Of a stretch of 64,000 nt of DNA, positions 1-16,350 are shown in pieces. A program made the position numbers and the translations under genes. The stretch is from the human T2T-CHM13v2.0 reference genome, Homo sapiens: assembly GCF_009914755.1 (NCBI RefSeq), contig NC_060927.1, one strand, 5' to 3'. The notes below the pieces were generated by a model that was not told the origin of the DNA, made no database searches, and saw nothing but the letters and a program-made list of their open reading frames with translations. Every line of letters begins with the position of its first letter. Position 1 is the stretch's first letter.

Positions 1-3000
1 CACCAGATATATATTCTATAGTGTATATAAAATATTAAAGTATCCAAACTATACATTATATACTGTACATAAAATATGAAATTACATCAAATACATATTA
101 TATTAGGTACATAAAATATGAAAGTACATGAAGTATAGATTATATACTGTAGATAAAATATCAAAGTACCCCAAATTTATATTATATACTATACATGAAA
201 TATCAAAGTTCACAAACTATATATTATATACTGTACATAAAATATCAAAGTACCCAAGGTATATATTCTATAGTGTACAAAAAATATCAAAGTACCCAAA
301 GCATGTATTATATACCGTACATAAAATATAAAATTACATCAAATATATATTTTATTCTGTACATAAAATATCAAAGTACACCAGATATATATACTATAGT
401 GTACATAAAATATCAAAGTACCCAAACTATACATTATACACTGTACATAAAATATGAAATTACATCAAATATATATTAGGTACATAAAATATGAAAGTAC
501 ATCAAATATAGATTATATACTGTAAATATAATATCAATGTACCCCAAATATATATTTTATACTCTACATGAAATATCAAAGTTCACAAACCATATATTAT
601 ATACTGTACATAAAATATCAAAGTACCCAAGGTATATATTCTATACTGTACAAAAAATATCAAAGTACCCAAAGCATGTATTATATACTGTACATAAAAT
701 ATGAAAGTACATCAAATATATATTTTATTCTGTACATAAAATATCAAAGTACACTAGATATATATTCTATAGTGTACATAAAACATCAAAATACCCAAAC
801 TATACATTATATACTGTACATAAAATATGAGATTACATCAAATATATATTATATTAGGTACATAAAATATGAAAGTACATCAAATATAGATTATATACTG
901 TACATAAAATATCAAAGTACCCCTAATATATATTATATACTCTACATGAAATATCAAAGTTCACAAACTATATATTATATACTGTACATAAAATATCAAA
1001 GTACCCAAGGTATATATTCTATACTGTACAAAAAATATCAAAGTACCCAAAGCATGTATTATATACTGTATATAAAATAAGAAAGTACATTAAATATATA
1101 TTTTATTCTGTACATAAAATATCAAAGTACACCAGATATATATTCTATGGTGTACATAAAATAACAAAGTACACAAACTATAAATTATATACTCTACATA
1201 AAATATGAAATTACATCAAATATATATTAGGTACATAAAATATGAAAGTACATCAAATATAGATTATATACTGAACATATAATATCAATGTACCCCAAAT
1301 ATATATTTGATACTCTACATGAAATATCAAAGTTCAGAAACCATACATTATATACTGTACATAAAATATCAAAGTACCCAAGGTATATATTCTATACTGT
1401 ACAAAAAATATCAAAGTACCCAAAGCATGTATTATATACTGTACATAATATATGAAAGTACATCAAATATATATTTTATTCTGTACATAAAATATCAAAG
1501 TACACCAGATATATATTCTATAGTGTACATAAAATATCAAAGTACCCAAACTATACATTATATACTGTACATAAAATATGAAATTACATCAAATATATAT
1601 TAGGTACATAAAATATGAAAGTACATCAAATATATATTTTATTCTGTACATAAAATATCAAAGTACACCAGATATATATTCTATAGTGTACATAAATTAA
1701 GAAAGTACACAAACTATAAATTATATACTGTACATAAAATATGAAATTACATCAAATATATATTAGGTACATAAAATATGAAAGTACATCAAATATAGAT
1801 TATATACTGTACATATAATATCAATGTACCCGAAATATATATTTTATACTCTACATGAAATATCAAAGTTCACAAACCATATATTGTATACTGCACATAA
1901 AATATCAAAATACCCAAGGTATATATTCTATACTGTACAAAAAATATCAAAGTACCCAAAGCAGGTATTATATACTGTACATAAAATATGAAAGTACATC
2001 AAATATATATTTTATTCTGTATATAAAATATCAAAGTACACCAGATATATATTCTATAGCGTACATAAATTATCAAAGTACACAAACTATACATTATATA
2101 CTGTACATAAAATATGAAATTACATCAAATATATATTATATTAGGTACATAAAATATGAAAGTACATCAAATATAGATTATATACTGTACATTAAATACC
2201 AAAGTACCCCAAATATATATTTTATACTGAACATGAAATTTCAAAGTTCACAAACTATATATTATATACTGTACATAAAATATCAAAGAACCCAAGGTAT
2301 ATATTCTATACTGTGCAAAAAATATCAAAGTACCCAAAGCATGTATTATATACTGTATATAAAATATGAAAGTACATCAAATATATATTTTATTCTGTAC
2401 ATAAAATATCAAAATACACCAGATATATATTCTATAGTGTACATAAAATAACAAAGTACACAAACTATAAATTATATACTGTACATAAAATATGAAATTA
2501 CATCAAATATATATTAGGTACATAAAATATGAAAGTACATCAAATATAGATTATATACTGTACATAAAATATCAATGTACCCCAAATATATATTTTATAC
2601 TCTACATGAAATATCAAAGTTCACAAACCATATATTATATACTGTACATAAAATATCAAAGTACCCAAGGTATATATTCTATACTATACAAAAAATATCA
2701 AAGTACCCAAAGCATGTATTATATACTGTACATAAAATATGAAAGTACATCAAATATATATTTTATTCTGTACATAAAATATCAAAGTACACTAGATATA
2801 TATTCTATAGTGTACATAAAATATCAAAATACCCAAACTATACATTATATACTGTACATAAAATACGAGATTACATCAAATATATATTATATTAGGTACA
2901 TAAAATATGAAAGTACATCAAATATGGATTATATACTGTACATAAAATAGCAAAGTACCCCGAATATATATTATATACTCTACATGAAATAACAAAGTTC

Positions 3001-6000
3001 ACAAACTATATATTATATACTGTACATAAAATATCAAAGTACCCAAGGTATATATTCTATACTGTACAAAAGATATCAAAGTACCCAAAGCATGTATTAT
3101 ATACTGTATATAAAATATGAAAGTACATTAAATATATATTTTATTCTGTACATAAAATATCAAAGTACACCAGATATATATTCCATAGTGTACATAAAAT
3201 AACAAAGTACAAAAACTATAAATTATATACTGTACATAAAATATGAAATTACATCAAATATATATTAGGTACATAAAATATGAAAGTACATCAAATATAG
3301 ATTATATACTGTACATTAAATACCAAAGTACCCCAAATATATATTTTATACTGTACATGAAATATCAAAGTTCACAAACTATATATTATATACTGTACAT
3401 AAAATATCAAAGTACCCAAGTTATATATTCTATACTGTACAAAAGATATCAACGTACCCAAAGCATGTATTATATACTGTACATAAAATATGAAAGTACA
3501 TCAAATATATATTTTATTCTGTACATAAAATATCAAAGTACACCAGATATATATTCTATACAGTACATAAAATAACAAAGTACACAAACTATACATTATA
3601 TACTGTACATAAAATATGAAAGTACATCAAATATATATTTTATTCTGTACATAAAATATCAAAGTACACCAGATATATATTCTATAGCGTACATAAAATA
3701 TCAAAGTACACAAACTATACATTATATACTGTACATAAAATATGAAATTACATCAAATATATATTATATTAGGTACATAAAATATGAAAGTACATCAAAT
3801 ATAGATTATATACTGTACATTAAATACCAAAGTACCCCAAATATATATTTTATACTGTACATGAAATTTCAAAGTTCACAAACTATATATTATATACTGT
3901 ACATAAAATATCAAAGTACCCAAGGTATATATTCTATACTGTGCAAAAAATATCAAAGTACCCAAAGCATGTATTTTATACTGTATATAAAATATGAAAG
4001 TACATCAAATATATATTTCATTCTGTACATAAAATATCAAAGTACACCAGATATATATTCTATAGTGTACATAAAATATCAAACTACCCAAACTATACAT
4101 TATATACTGTACATAAAATATGAAATTACATCAAATATATATTATATTAGGTACATAAAATACGAAAGCACATCAAATATAGATTATATACTGTACATAA
4201 AATATCAAAGTACCCCAATATATATTATATACTGTACATGAAATATCAAAGTTCACAAACTATATATTATGTACTGTACATAAAATATCAAATTACCCAA
4301 GGTATATATTCTATACTGTACAAAAAATATCAAAGTACCCAAAGCATGTATTATATAATGTACATAAAATATGAAAGTACATCAAATATATACTTTATTC
4401 TGTACATAAAATATCAAAGAACACCAGATATATATTCTATAGTGTACATAAAATATCAAAGTACTCAAACTATACATTATATACTGTACATAAAATATGA
4501 AATTACATCAAATATATATTAGGTACATAAAATATGAAAGTATATCAAATATATATTTTATTCTGTACATAAAATATCAAAGTACACCAGATATATATTC
4601 TATAGTGTACATAAAATAACAAAGTACACAAACTATAAATTATATACTGTACATAAAATATGAAATTACATCAAATATATATTAGGTACATAAAATATGA
4701 AAGTACATCAAATATAGATTATATACTGTACATAAAATATCAATGTACCCCAAATATATATTTTATACTCTACATGAAATATCAAAGTTCACAAACCATA
4801 TATTGTATACAGCACATAAAATATCAAAATACCCAAGGTATATATTCTATACTGTACAAAAAATATCAAAGTACCCAAAGCAGGTATTATATACTGTACA
4901 TAAAATATGAAAGTACATCAAATATATATTTTATTCTGTACATAAAATATCAAAGTACACCAGATATATATTCTATAGCGTACATAAAATATCAAAGTAC
5001 ACAAACTATACATTATATACTGTACATAAAATATGAAATTACATCAAATATATATTATATTAGGTACATAAAATATGAAAGTACATCAAATATAGATTAT
5101 ATACTGTACATTAAATACCAAAGTACCCCAAATATATATTTTATACTGAACATGAAATTTCAAAGTTCACAAACTATATATTATATACTGTACATAAAAT
5201 ATCAAAGAACCCAAGGTATATATTCTATACTGTGCAAAAAATATCAAAGTACCCAAAGCATGTATTATATACTGTATATAAAATATGAAAGTACATCAAA
5301 TATATATTTTATTCTGTACATAAAATATCAAAATACACCAGATATATATTCTATAGTGTACATAAAATAACAAAGTACACAAACTATAAATTATATACTG
5401 TACATAAAATATGAAATTACATCAAATATATATTAGGTACATAAAATATGAAAGTACATCAAATATAGATTATATACTGTACATATAATATCAATGTACC
5501 CCAAATATATATTTTATACTCTACATGAAATATCAAAGTTCACAAACCATACATTATACACTGTACATAAAATATCAAAGTACCCAAGTTATATATTGTA
5601 TACTGTACAAAAGATATCAAAGTACCCAAAGCATGTATTATATACTGTATATAAAATATGAAAGTACATCAAATATATATTATATACTGTACATAAAATA
5701 TCAAAGTACACCAGATATATATTTTATAGTGTACATAAAATATCAAAGTACCCAAACTATACATTATATACTGTACATAAAATATGAGATTACATCAAAT
5801 ATATATTATATTAGGTACATAAAATATGAAAGTACATCAGATATAGATTATATACTGTACATAAAATATCAAAGTACCCCAAATACATATTATATACTCT
5901 ACATGAAATATAAAAGTTCACCAACTATATATTATATACTGTACATAAAATATCAAAGTACCCAAGGTATATATTCTATACTGTAGAAAAAATATCAAAA

Positions 6001-7268
6001 TACCCAAAGCATGTATTATATACTGTATATAAAATATGAAAATACATTAAATATATATTTTATTCTGTACATAAAATATCAAAGTACACCAGATATATAT
6101 TCTATAGTGTACATAAAATAACAAAGTACACAAACTATAAATTATATACTGTACGTAAAATATGAAATTACATCAAATATATATTAGGTACATAAAATAT
6201 GAAAGTACATCAAATATAGATTATATACTGTACATATAATATCAATGTACCCCAAATATATATTTTATACTCTACATGAAATATCAAAGTTCACAAACCA
6301 TACATTATATATTTTCCATAAAATATCAAAGTACCCATGGCATATATTCTATACTGTACAAAAGATATCAAAGTACCCAAAGCATGTATTATATACTGTA
6401 CATAAAATATGAAAGTACATCAAATATATATTTTATTCTGTACATAAAATATCAAAGTACACCAGATATATATTCTATAGTGTACATAAAATATCAAAGT
6501 ACCCAAACTATATATTATATACTGTACATAAAATATGAAATTACATCAAATATGTATTATATTAGGTACATAAAATATGAAAGTACATCAAATATAGATT
6601 ATATACCGTACATAAAATATCAAAGTACCCCAAATATATATTATATACTATACATGAAATATCAAATTTCACAAACTATATATTATATACTGTACATAAA
6701 ATATCAAAGTACCCAATGTATATATTCTATAGTGTACAAAAAATATCAAAGTACCCAAAGCATGTATTATATACTGTACATAAAATATAAAAGTACATCA
6801 AATATATATTTTATTCTGTACATAAAATATGAAAGTACACCAGATATATATTCTATAGTGTACATAAAATATCAAAGTACCCAAACTATACATTATATAC
6901 TGTACATAAAATATGAAATTATATCAAATATATATTATATTAGGTACTTAAAATATGAAAGTACATCAAATATAGATTATATACTGTACATAAAATATCA
7001 AAGTACCCCAAATATATATTATATACTGTACATGAAATATCAAAGTTCACAACTATATATTATATACTGTACATAAAATATCAAAGTCCCCAAGGTATAT
7101 ATTCTATACTGCACAAAAAATATCAAAGTACCCAAAGCATGTATTATATACTGTATATAAAATTTGAAATTACATCAAATATATATTTTATTCTGTACAT
7201 AAAATATCAAAGTACACCAGATATATATTCTATAGTGTACATAAAGTAACAAAGTACACAAACTATAA

Positions 7269-10200
7269 ATTATATACTGTACATAAAATATGAAATTACA
7301 TCAAATATATTTTATATTAGGTACATAAAATATGAAAGTACATCAAATATAGATTATATACTGTACATTAAATACCAAAGTACCCCAAATATATATTTTA
7401 TACTGTACATGAAATATCAAAGTTCACAAACTATATATTATATACTGTACATATAATATCAAAGTACCCAAGGTATATATTCTATACTGTACAAAAAATA
7501 ACAAAGTACCAAAAGCATGTATTATATACTGTACCTAAAATATGAAAGTACATGAAATATATATTTTATTCTGTACATAAAATATCAAAGTACACCAGAT
7601 ATATATTCTATAGTGTACATAAAATATCAAAATACCCAAACTATACATTATATACTGTACATAAAATATGAAATTACATCAAATATATATTATATTAGGT
7701 ACATAAAATATGAAAGTACATCAAATATAGATTATATACTGTACATTAAATACCAAAGTACCCCAAATATATATTTTATACTGTACGTGAAATATCAAAG
7801 TTCACAAACTATATATTATATACTGTACATAAAATATCAAAGTACCCAAGGTATATATTCTATACTGTACAAAAAATATCAAATTACCCAAAGCATGTAT
7901 TATATACTGTACCTAAAATATGAAAGTACATCAAATATATATTTTATTCTGTACATAAAATATCAAAGTACACCAGATATATATTCTATAGTGTACATAA
8001 AATAACAAAGTACAAAAACTATAAATTATATACTGTACATAAAATATGAAATTACACCAAATATATATTAGGTACATAAAATATGAAAGTACATCAAATA
8101 TAGATTATATACTGTACATATAATATCAATGTACCCCAAATATATATTTTATACTCTACATGAAATATCAAAGTTCACAAACCATATATTATATACTGTA
8201 CATAAAATATCAAAGTACCCAAGGTATATATTCTATACTATTCAAAAAATATCAAAGTAACCAAAGCATGTATTATATACTGTACATAAAATATGAAAGT
8301 ACATCAAATATATATTTTATTCTGTACATAAAATATCAAAGTACACCAGATATATATTCTATAGTGTACATAAAATATCAAAGTACCCAAACTATACATT
8401 ACATACTGTACATAAAATATGAAATTACATCAAATATATATTATATTAGGTACATAAAATATGAAAGTACATCAAATATAGATTATATACTGTACATAAA
8501 ATATCAAAGTACCCCAAATATATATTATATACTCTACATGAAATATCAAAGTTCACAAACTATATATTATATACTGTACATAAAATAAAGTACCCAAGGT
8601 ACATATTCTATACTGTACAAAAAATATCAAAGTACCCAAAGCATGTATTATATACTGTATATAAAATATGAAATTACATCAAATATATATTTTATTCTGT
8701 ACGTAAAATATCAAAGTACACCAGATATATATTCTATAGTGTACATAAAATAACAAAGTACAAAAACTATAAATTATATACTGTACATAAAATATGAAAT
8801 TACATCAAATATATATTAGGTACATAAAATATGAAAGTACATCAAATATAGATTATATACTGTACATTAAATACCAAATTACCCCAAATATATATTTTAT
8901 ACTGTACATGAAATATCAAAGTTCACAAACTATATATTATATACTGTACATAAAATATCAAAGTACCCAAGGTATATATTCTATACTGTACAAAAGATAT
9001 CAACGTACCCAAAGCATGTATTATATACTGTACATAAAATATGAAAGTACATCAAATATATATTTTATTCTGTACATAAAATATCAAAGTACACCAGATA
9101 TATATTCTATAGTGTACAAAAAATAACAAAGTACACAAACTATACATTATATACTGTACATAAAATATGAAATTACATCAAATATATATTATGTACATAA
9201 AATATGAAAGTACATCAAATATAGATTATATACTGAACATATAATATCAATGTACCCCAAATATATATTTTATACTCTATATGAAATATCAAAGTTCAGA
9301 AACCATACATTATATACTGTACATAAAATATCAAAGTACCCAAGGTATATATTCTATACTGTACAAAAAATATCAAAGTACCCAAAGCATGTATTATATA
9401 CTGTACATAAAATATGAAAGTACATCAAATATATATTTTATTCTGTACATAAAATATCAAAGTACACCAGATATATATTCTATAGTGTACATAAAATATC
9501 AAAGTACCCAAACTATACATTATATACTGTACATAAAATATGAAATTACATCAAATATATATTAGGTACATAAAATATGAAAGTACATAAAATATAGATT
9601 ATATACTGTACATAAAATATCAAAGTACCCCAAATATATATTATATACTCTACATGAAATATCAAATTTCACAAACTATATATTATATACTGTACATAAA
9701 ATATCAAAGTACCCAAGGTATATATTCTATACTGTACAAAAAATATCAGAGTATCCAAAGCATGTATTATATACTGTATATAAAATATGAAAGTACATTA
9801 AAGATATATTTTATTCTGTACAAAAAATATCAAAGTACACCAGATATATATTCTACAGTGTACATAAAATAACAATGTACACAAACTATAAATTATATAC
9901 TGTACATAAAATATGAAATTACATCAAATATATATTAGGTACATAAAATATGAAAGTACATCAAATATAGATTATATACTGTACATGTAATATCAATGTA
10001 CCCCAAATATATATTTTATACTCTACATGAAATATCAAAGTTCACAAACCATACATTATATACTGTACATAAAATATCAAAGTACCCAAGGTATATATTC
10101 TATACTGTACAAATAATATCAAACTACCCAAAGCATGTATTATAAACTGTACATAAAATATGAAAGTACATCAAATATATATTTTATTCTGTACATAAAA

Positions 10201-13200
10201 TATCAAAGTACACCAGATACATATTCTATAGTGTACATAAAATATCAAAGTACCCAAACTATACATTATATACTGTACATAAAATATGAAATTACATCAA
10301 ATATATATTAGGTACATAAAATATGAAAGTACATCAAATATAGATTATATACTGTACATAAAATATCAAAGTACCCCAAATATATATTATATACTCTACA
10401 TGAAATATCAAAGTTCACAAACTATATATTATATACTGTACATAAAATATCAAAGTACCCAAGGTATATATTCTATACTGTACAAAAAATATCAAAGTAC
10501 CCAAAGGATGTATTATATACTGTACATAAAATATGAAAGTACATCAAATATATATTTTATTCTGTACATAAAATATCAAAGTACACCAGATATATATTCT
10601 ATAGTGTGCATAAAATAACAAAGTACACAAACTATACATTATATACTGTACATAAAATATGAAATTACATCAAATATATTTTAGGTACATAAAATATGAA
10701 AGTACATCAAATATAGATTATATACTGTACATAAAATATCAATGTACCCCAAATATATATTTTATACTCTACATGAAATATCAAAGTTCAGAAACCATAT
10801 ATTATATACTGTACATAAAATATCAAAGTACCCAAGGTATATATTCTATACTATAAAAAAAATATCAAAGTACCCAAAGCCTGTGTTATTTACTGTACAT
10901 AAAATATGAAAGTACATCAAATATATATTTTATTCTGTACATAAAATATCAAAGTACACCAGATATATATTCTATAGTGTACATAATATATCAAAATACC
11001 CAAACTATACATTATATACTGTACATAAAATATGAGATTACATCAAATATATATTATATTAGGTACATAAAATATGAAAGTACATCAAATATAGATTATA
11101 TACTGTGCATAAAATATCAAAGTACCCCAAATATATATTATATACTCTATATGAAATATCAAAGTTCACAAACTATATATTATATACTGTACATAAAATA
11201 TCAAAGTACCCAAGGTATATATTCTATACTGTACAAAAAATATCAAAGTACCCAAAGCATGTATTATATACTGTATATAAAATAAGAAAGTACATTAAAT
11301 ACATATTTTATTCTGTACATAAAATATCAAAGTACACCAGATATATATTCTATAGCGTACATAAAATAACAAAGTACACAAACTATAAATTATATACTGT
11401 ACATAAAATATGAAATTACATCAAATATATATTAGGTACATAAAATATGAAAGTACATCAAATATAGATTATATACTGAACATATAATATCAATGTACCC
11501 CAAATATATATTTTATACTCTACATGAAATATCAAAGTTCAGAAACCATACATTATATACTGTACATAAAATATCAAAGTACCCAAGGTATATATTCTAT
11601 AATGTACAAAAAATATCAAAGTACCCAAAGCATGTATTATATACTGTACATAAAATATGAAAGTACATCAAATATATATTTTATTCTGTACATAAAATAT
11701 CAAAGTACACCAGATATATATTCTATAGTGTACATAAAATATCAAAGTACCCAAACTATACATTATATACTGTACATAAAATATGAAATTACATCAAATA
11801 TACATTAGGTACATAAAATATGAAAGTACATCAAATATAGATTATATACTGTACATAAAATATCAAAGTACCCCAAATATATATTATATACTCTACATGA
11901 AATATCAAATTTCACAAACTATATATTATATACTGTACATAAAATATCAAAGTACCCAAGGTATATATTCTATACTGTACAAAAAATATCAAAGTACCCA
12001 AAGCATGTATTATATATTGTATATAAAATATGAAAGTACATTAAAGATATATTTTATTCTGTACATAAAATATCAAAGTACACCAGATATATATTCTATA
12101 GTGTACATAAAATAACAAAGTACACAAACTATAAATTATATACTGTACATAAAATATGAAATTACATCAAATATATATTAGGTACATAAAATATGAAAGT
12201 ACATCAAATATAGATTATATACTGTATATAAAATATCAATGTACCCCAAATATATATTTTATACTCTACATGAAATATCAAAGTTCACAAACCATATATT
12301 ATATACTGTACATAAAATATCAAAGTACCCAAGGTATATATTCTATACTATACAAAAAATATCAAAGTACCCAAAGCATGTATTATACACTGTACATAAA
12401 ATATGAAAGTACATCAAATATATATTTTATTCTGTACATAAAATATCAAAGTACACTAGATATATATTCTATAGTGTACATAAAATATCAAAATACCCAA
12501 ACTATACATTATATACTGTACATAAAATACGAGATTACATCAAATATATATTATATTAGGTACATAAAATATGAAAGTACATCAAATATAGATTATATAC
12601 TGTACATAAAATATCAAAGTACCCCGAATATATATTATATACTCTACATGAAATATCAAAGTTCACAAACTATATATTATATACTGTACATAAAATATCA
12701 AAGTACCCAAGGTATATATTCTATACTGTACAAAAGATATCAAAGTACCCAAAGCATGTATTATATACTGTATATAAAATATGAAAGTACATTAAATATA
12801 TATTTTATTCTGTACATAAAATATCAAAGTACACCAGATATATATTCTATAGTGTAGATAAAATAACAAAGTACACAAACTATAAATTATATACTGTACA
12901 TAAAATATGAAATTACATCAAATATATATTAGGTACATAAAATATGAAAGTACATCAAATATAGATTATATACTGAACATATAATATCAATGTACCCCAA
13001 ATATATATTTGATACTCTACATGAAATATCAAAGTTCAGAAACCATACATTATATACTGTACATAAAATATCAAAGTTCCCAAGGTATATATTCTATACT
13101 GTACAAAAAATATCAAAGTACCCAAAGCATGTATTATATACTGTACATAATATATGAAAGTACATCAAATATATATTTTATTCTGTACATAAAATATCAA

Positions 13201-16200
13201 AGTACACCAGATATATATTCTATAGTGTACATAAAATATCAAAGAACCCAAACTATACATTATATACTGTACATAAAATATGAAATTACATCAAATATAT
13301 ATTAGGTACATAAAATATGAAAGTATATCAAATATAGATTATATATTGTACATAAAATATCAAAGTACCCCAAATATATATTATATACTCTACATGAAAT
13401 ATCAAAGTTCACAAACTATATATTATATACTGTACATAAAATATCAAAGTACCCAAGGTATATATTCTATACTGTACAAAAAATATCAAGGTACCCAAAG
13501 CATGTATTATATACTGTACATAAAATATGAAAGTACATCAAATATATATTTTATTCTGTACATAAAATATCAAAGTACACCAGATATATATTCTATAGTG
13601 TACATAAAATAACAAAGTACACAAACTATACATTATATACTGTACATAAAATATGAAATTACATCAAATATATATTAGGTACATAAAATATGAAAGAACA
13701 TTAAACATAGATTATATACTGTACAAAAAATATCAAAGTACCCCAAATATATATTATATACTCTACATGAAATATCAAAGTTCACAAACTATATATTATA
13801 TACTGTACATAAAATATCAAAGTACCCAAGGTATATATTCTATACTGTAAAAAAAATATCAGAGTACCCAAAGCATGTATTATATACTGTACATAAAATA
13901 TGAAAGTACATCAAATATATATTTAATTCTGTACTTAATATATCAAAGTACACCGGATATATATTCTATAGTGTACATAAAATAACAAAGTACACAAACT
14001 ATAAATTATATACTGTACATAAAATATGAAATTACATCAAATATATATTAGGTACATAAAATATGAAAGTACATCAAATATAGATTATATACTGTACATA
14101 AAATATCAATGTACCCCAAATATATATTTTATACTATACATGAAATATCAAAGTTCACAAACCATATTTTGTATACTGTACATAAAATATCAAAGTACCC
14201 AAGGTATATATTTTATACTCTACAAAAAATATCAAAATACCCAAAGCATGTATTATATACTGTACATAAAATATGAAAGTACATCGAATATATATTTTAT
14301 TCTGTACATAAAATATCAAAGTACACCAGATATATATTCTATAGTGTACATAAAATATCAAAGTACCCAAACTATACATTATATTCTGTACATAAAATAT
14401 GAAATTACATCAAATATATATTAGGTACATAAAATATGAAAGTACATCAAATATAGATTATATACTGTACATAAAATATCAAAGTACCCCAAATATATAT
14501 TATATACTCTACATGAAATATCAAAGTTCACAAACTATATATTATATTCTGTACATAAAATATGAAATTACATCAAATATATAGTATATTAGGTACATAA
14601 AATATGAAAGTACATCAAATATATATTTTATTCTGTACATAAAATATCAAAGAACACCAGATATATATTCTATAGTGTACATAAAATATCAAAGTACCCA
14701 AACTATACATTATATACTGTACATAAAATATGAAATTACATCATATATATATTAGGTACATAAAATATGAAAGTACATCAAATATATATTTTATTCTGTA
14801 CATAAAATATCAAAGTACACCAGATATATATTCTATAGTGTACTTAAAATAACAAAGTACACAAACTATAAATTATATACTGTACATAAAATATGAAATT
14901 ACATCAAATATATATTAGGTACATAAAATATGAAAGTACATCAAATATAGATTATATACTGTACATATAATATCAATGTACCCGAAATATATATTTTATA
15001 CTCTACATGAAATATCAAAGTTCACAAACCATATATTGTATACTGCACATAAAATATCAAAATACCCAAGGTATATATTCTATACTGTACAAAAAATATC
15101 AAAGTACCCAAAGCAGGTATTATATACTGTATATAAAATATGAAACTACATCAAATATATATTTTATTCTGTACATAAAATATCAAAGTACACCAGATAT
15201 ATATTCTATAGTGTACATAAAATATCAAGGTACCCAAACTATACATTATATACTGTACATAAAATATGAAATTACATCAAATATATATTATATTAGGTAC
15301 ATAAAATACGAAAGTACATCAAATATAGATTATATACTGTACATAAAATATCAAAGTACCCCAATATATATTATATACTGTACATGAAATATCAAAGTTC
15401 ACAAACTATATATTATGTACTGTACATAAAATATCAAAGTACCCAAAGTATATATTCTATACTGTACAAAAAATATCAAAGTACCCAAAGCATGTATTAT
15501 ATAATGTACATAAAATATGAAAGTACATCAAATATATATTTTATTCTGTACATAAAATGTCAAAGAACACCAGATATATATTCTATAGTGTACATAAAAT
15601 ATCAAAGTACCCAAACTATACATTATATACTGTACATAAAATATGAAATTACATCATATATATATTAGGTACATAAAATATGAAAGTACATCAAATATAT
15701 ATTTTATTCTGTACATAAAATATCAAAGTACACCAGATATATATTCTATAGTGTACATAAAATAACAAAGTACACAAACTATAAATTATATACTGTACAT
15801 AAAATATGAAATTACATCAAATATATATTAGGTACATAAAATATGAAAGTACATCAAATATAGATTATATACTGAACATATAATATCAATGTACCCGAAA
15901 TATATATTTTATACTCTACATGAAATATCAAAGTTCACAAACCATATATTGTATACTGCACATAAAATATCAAAATACCCAAGGTATATATACTATACTG
16001 TACAAAAAATATCAAAGTACCCAAAGCAGGTATTATATACTGTACATAAAATATGAAAGTACATCAAATATATATTTTATTCTGTACATAAAATATCAAA
16101 GTACACCAGATATATATTCTATAGCGTACATAAAATATCAAAGTACACAAACTATACATTATATACTGTACATAAAATATGAAATTACATCAAATATATA

Positions 16201-16350
16201 TTATATTAGGTATATAAAATATGAAAGTACATCAAATATAGATTATATACTGTAAATATAATATTATTGTACCCCAAATATATATTTTATACTCTACATG
16301 AAATATCAAAGTTCACAAACCATATATTATATACTGTACATAAAATATCA
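7269..16350 (+). repeat. HSat1A ~9.1-kb block A, duplicated at +39112 bp
   Basis: Seen: the ORF pattern 7613..15920 recurs at 46725..55032 with a constant 39112 offset and shared rare variants. Ends are approximate. Confidence 0.9.
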
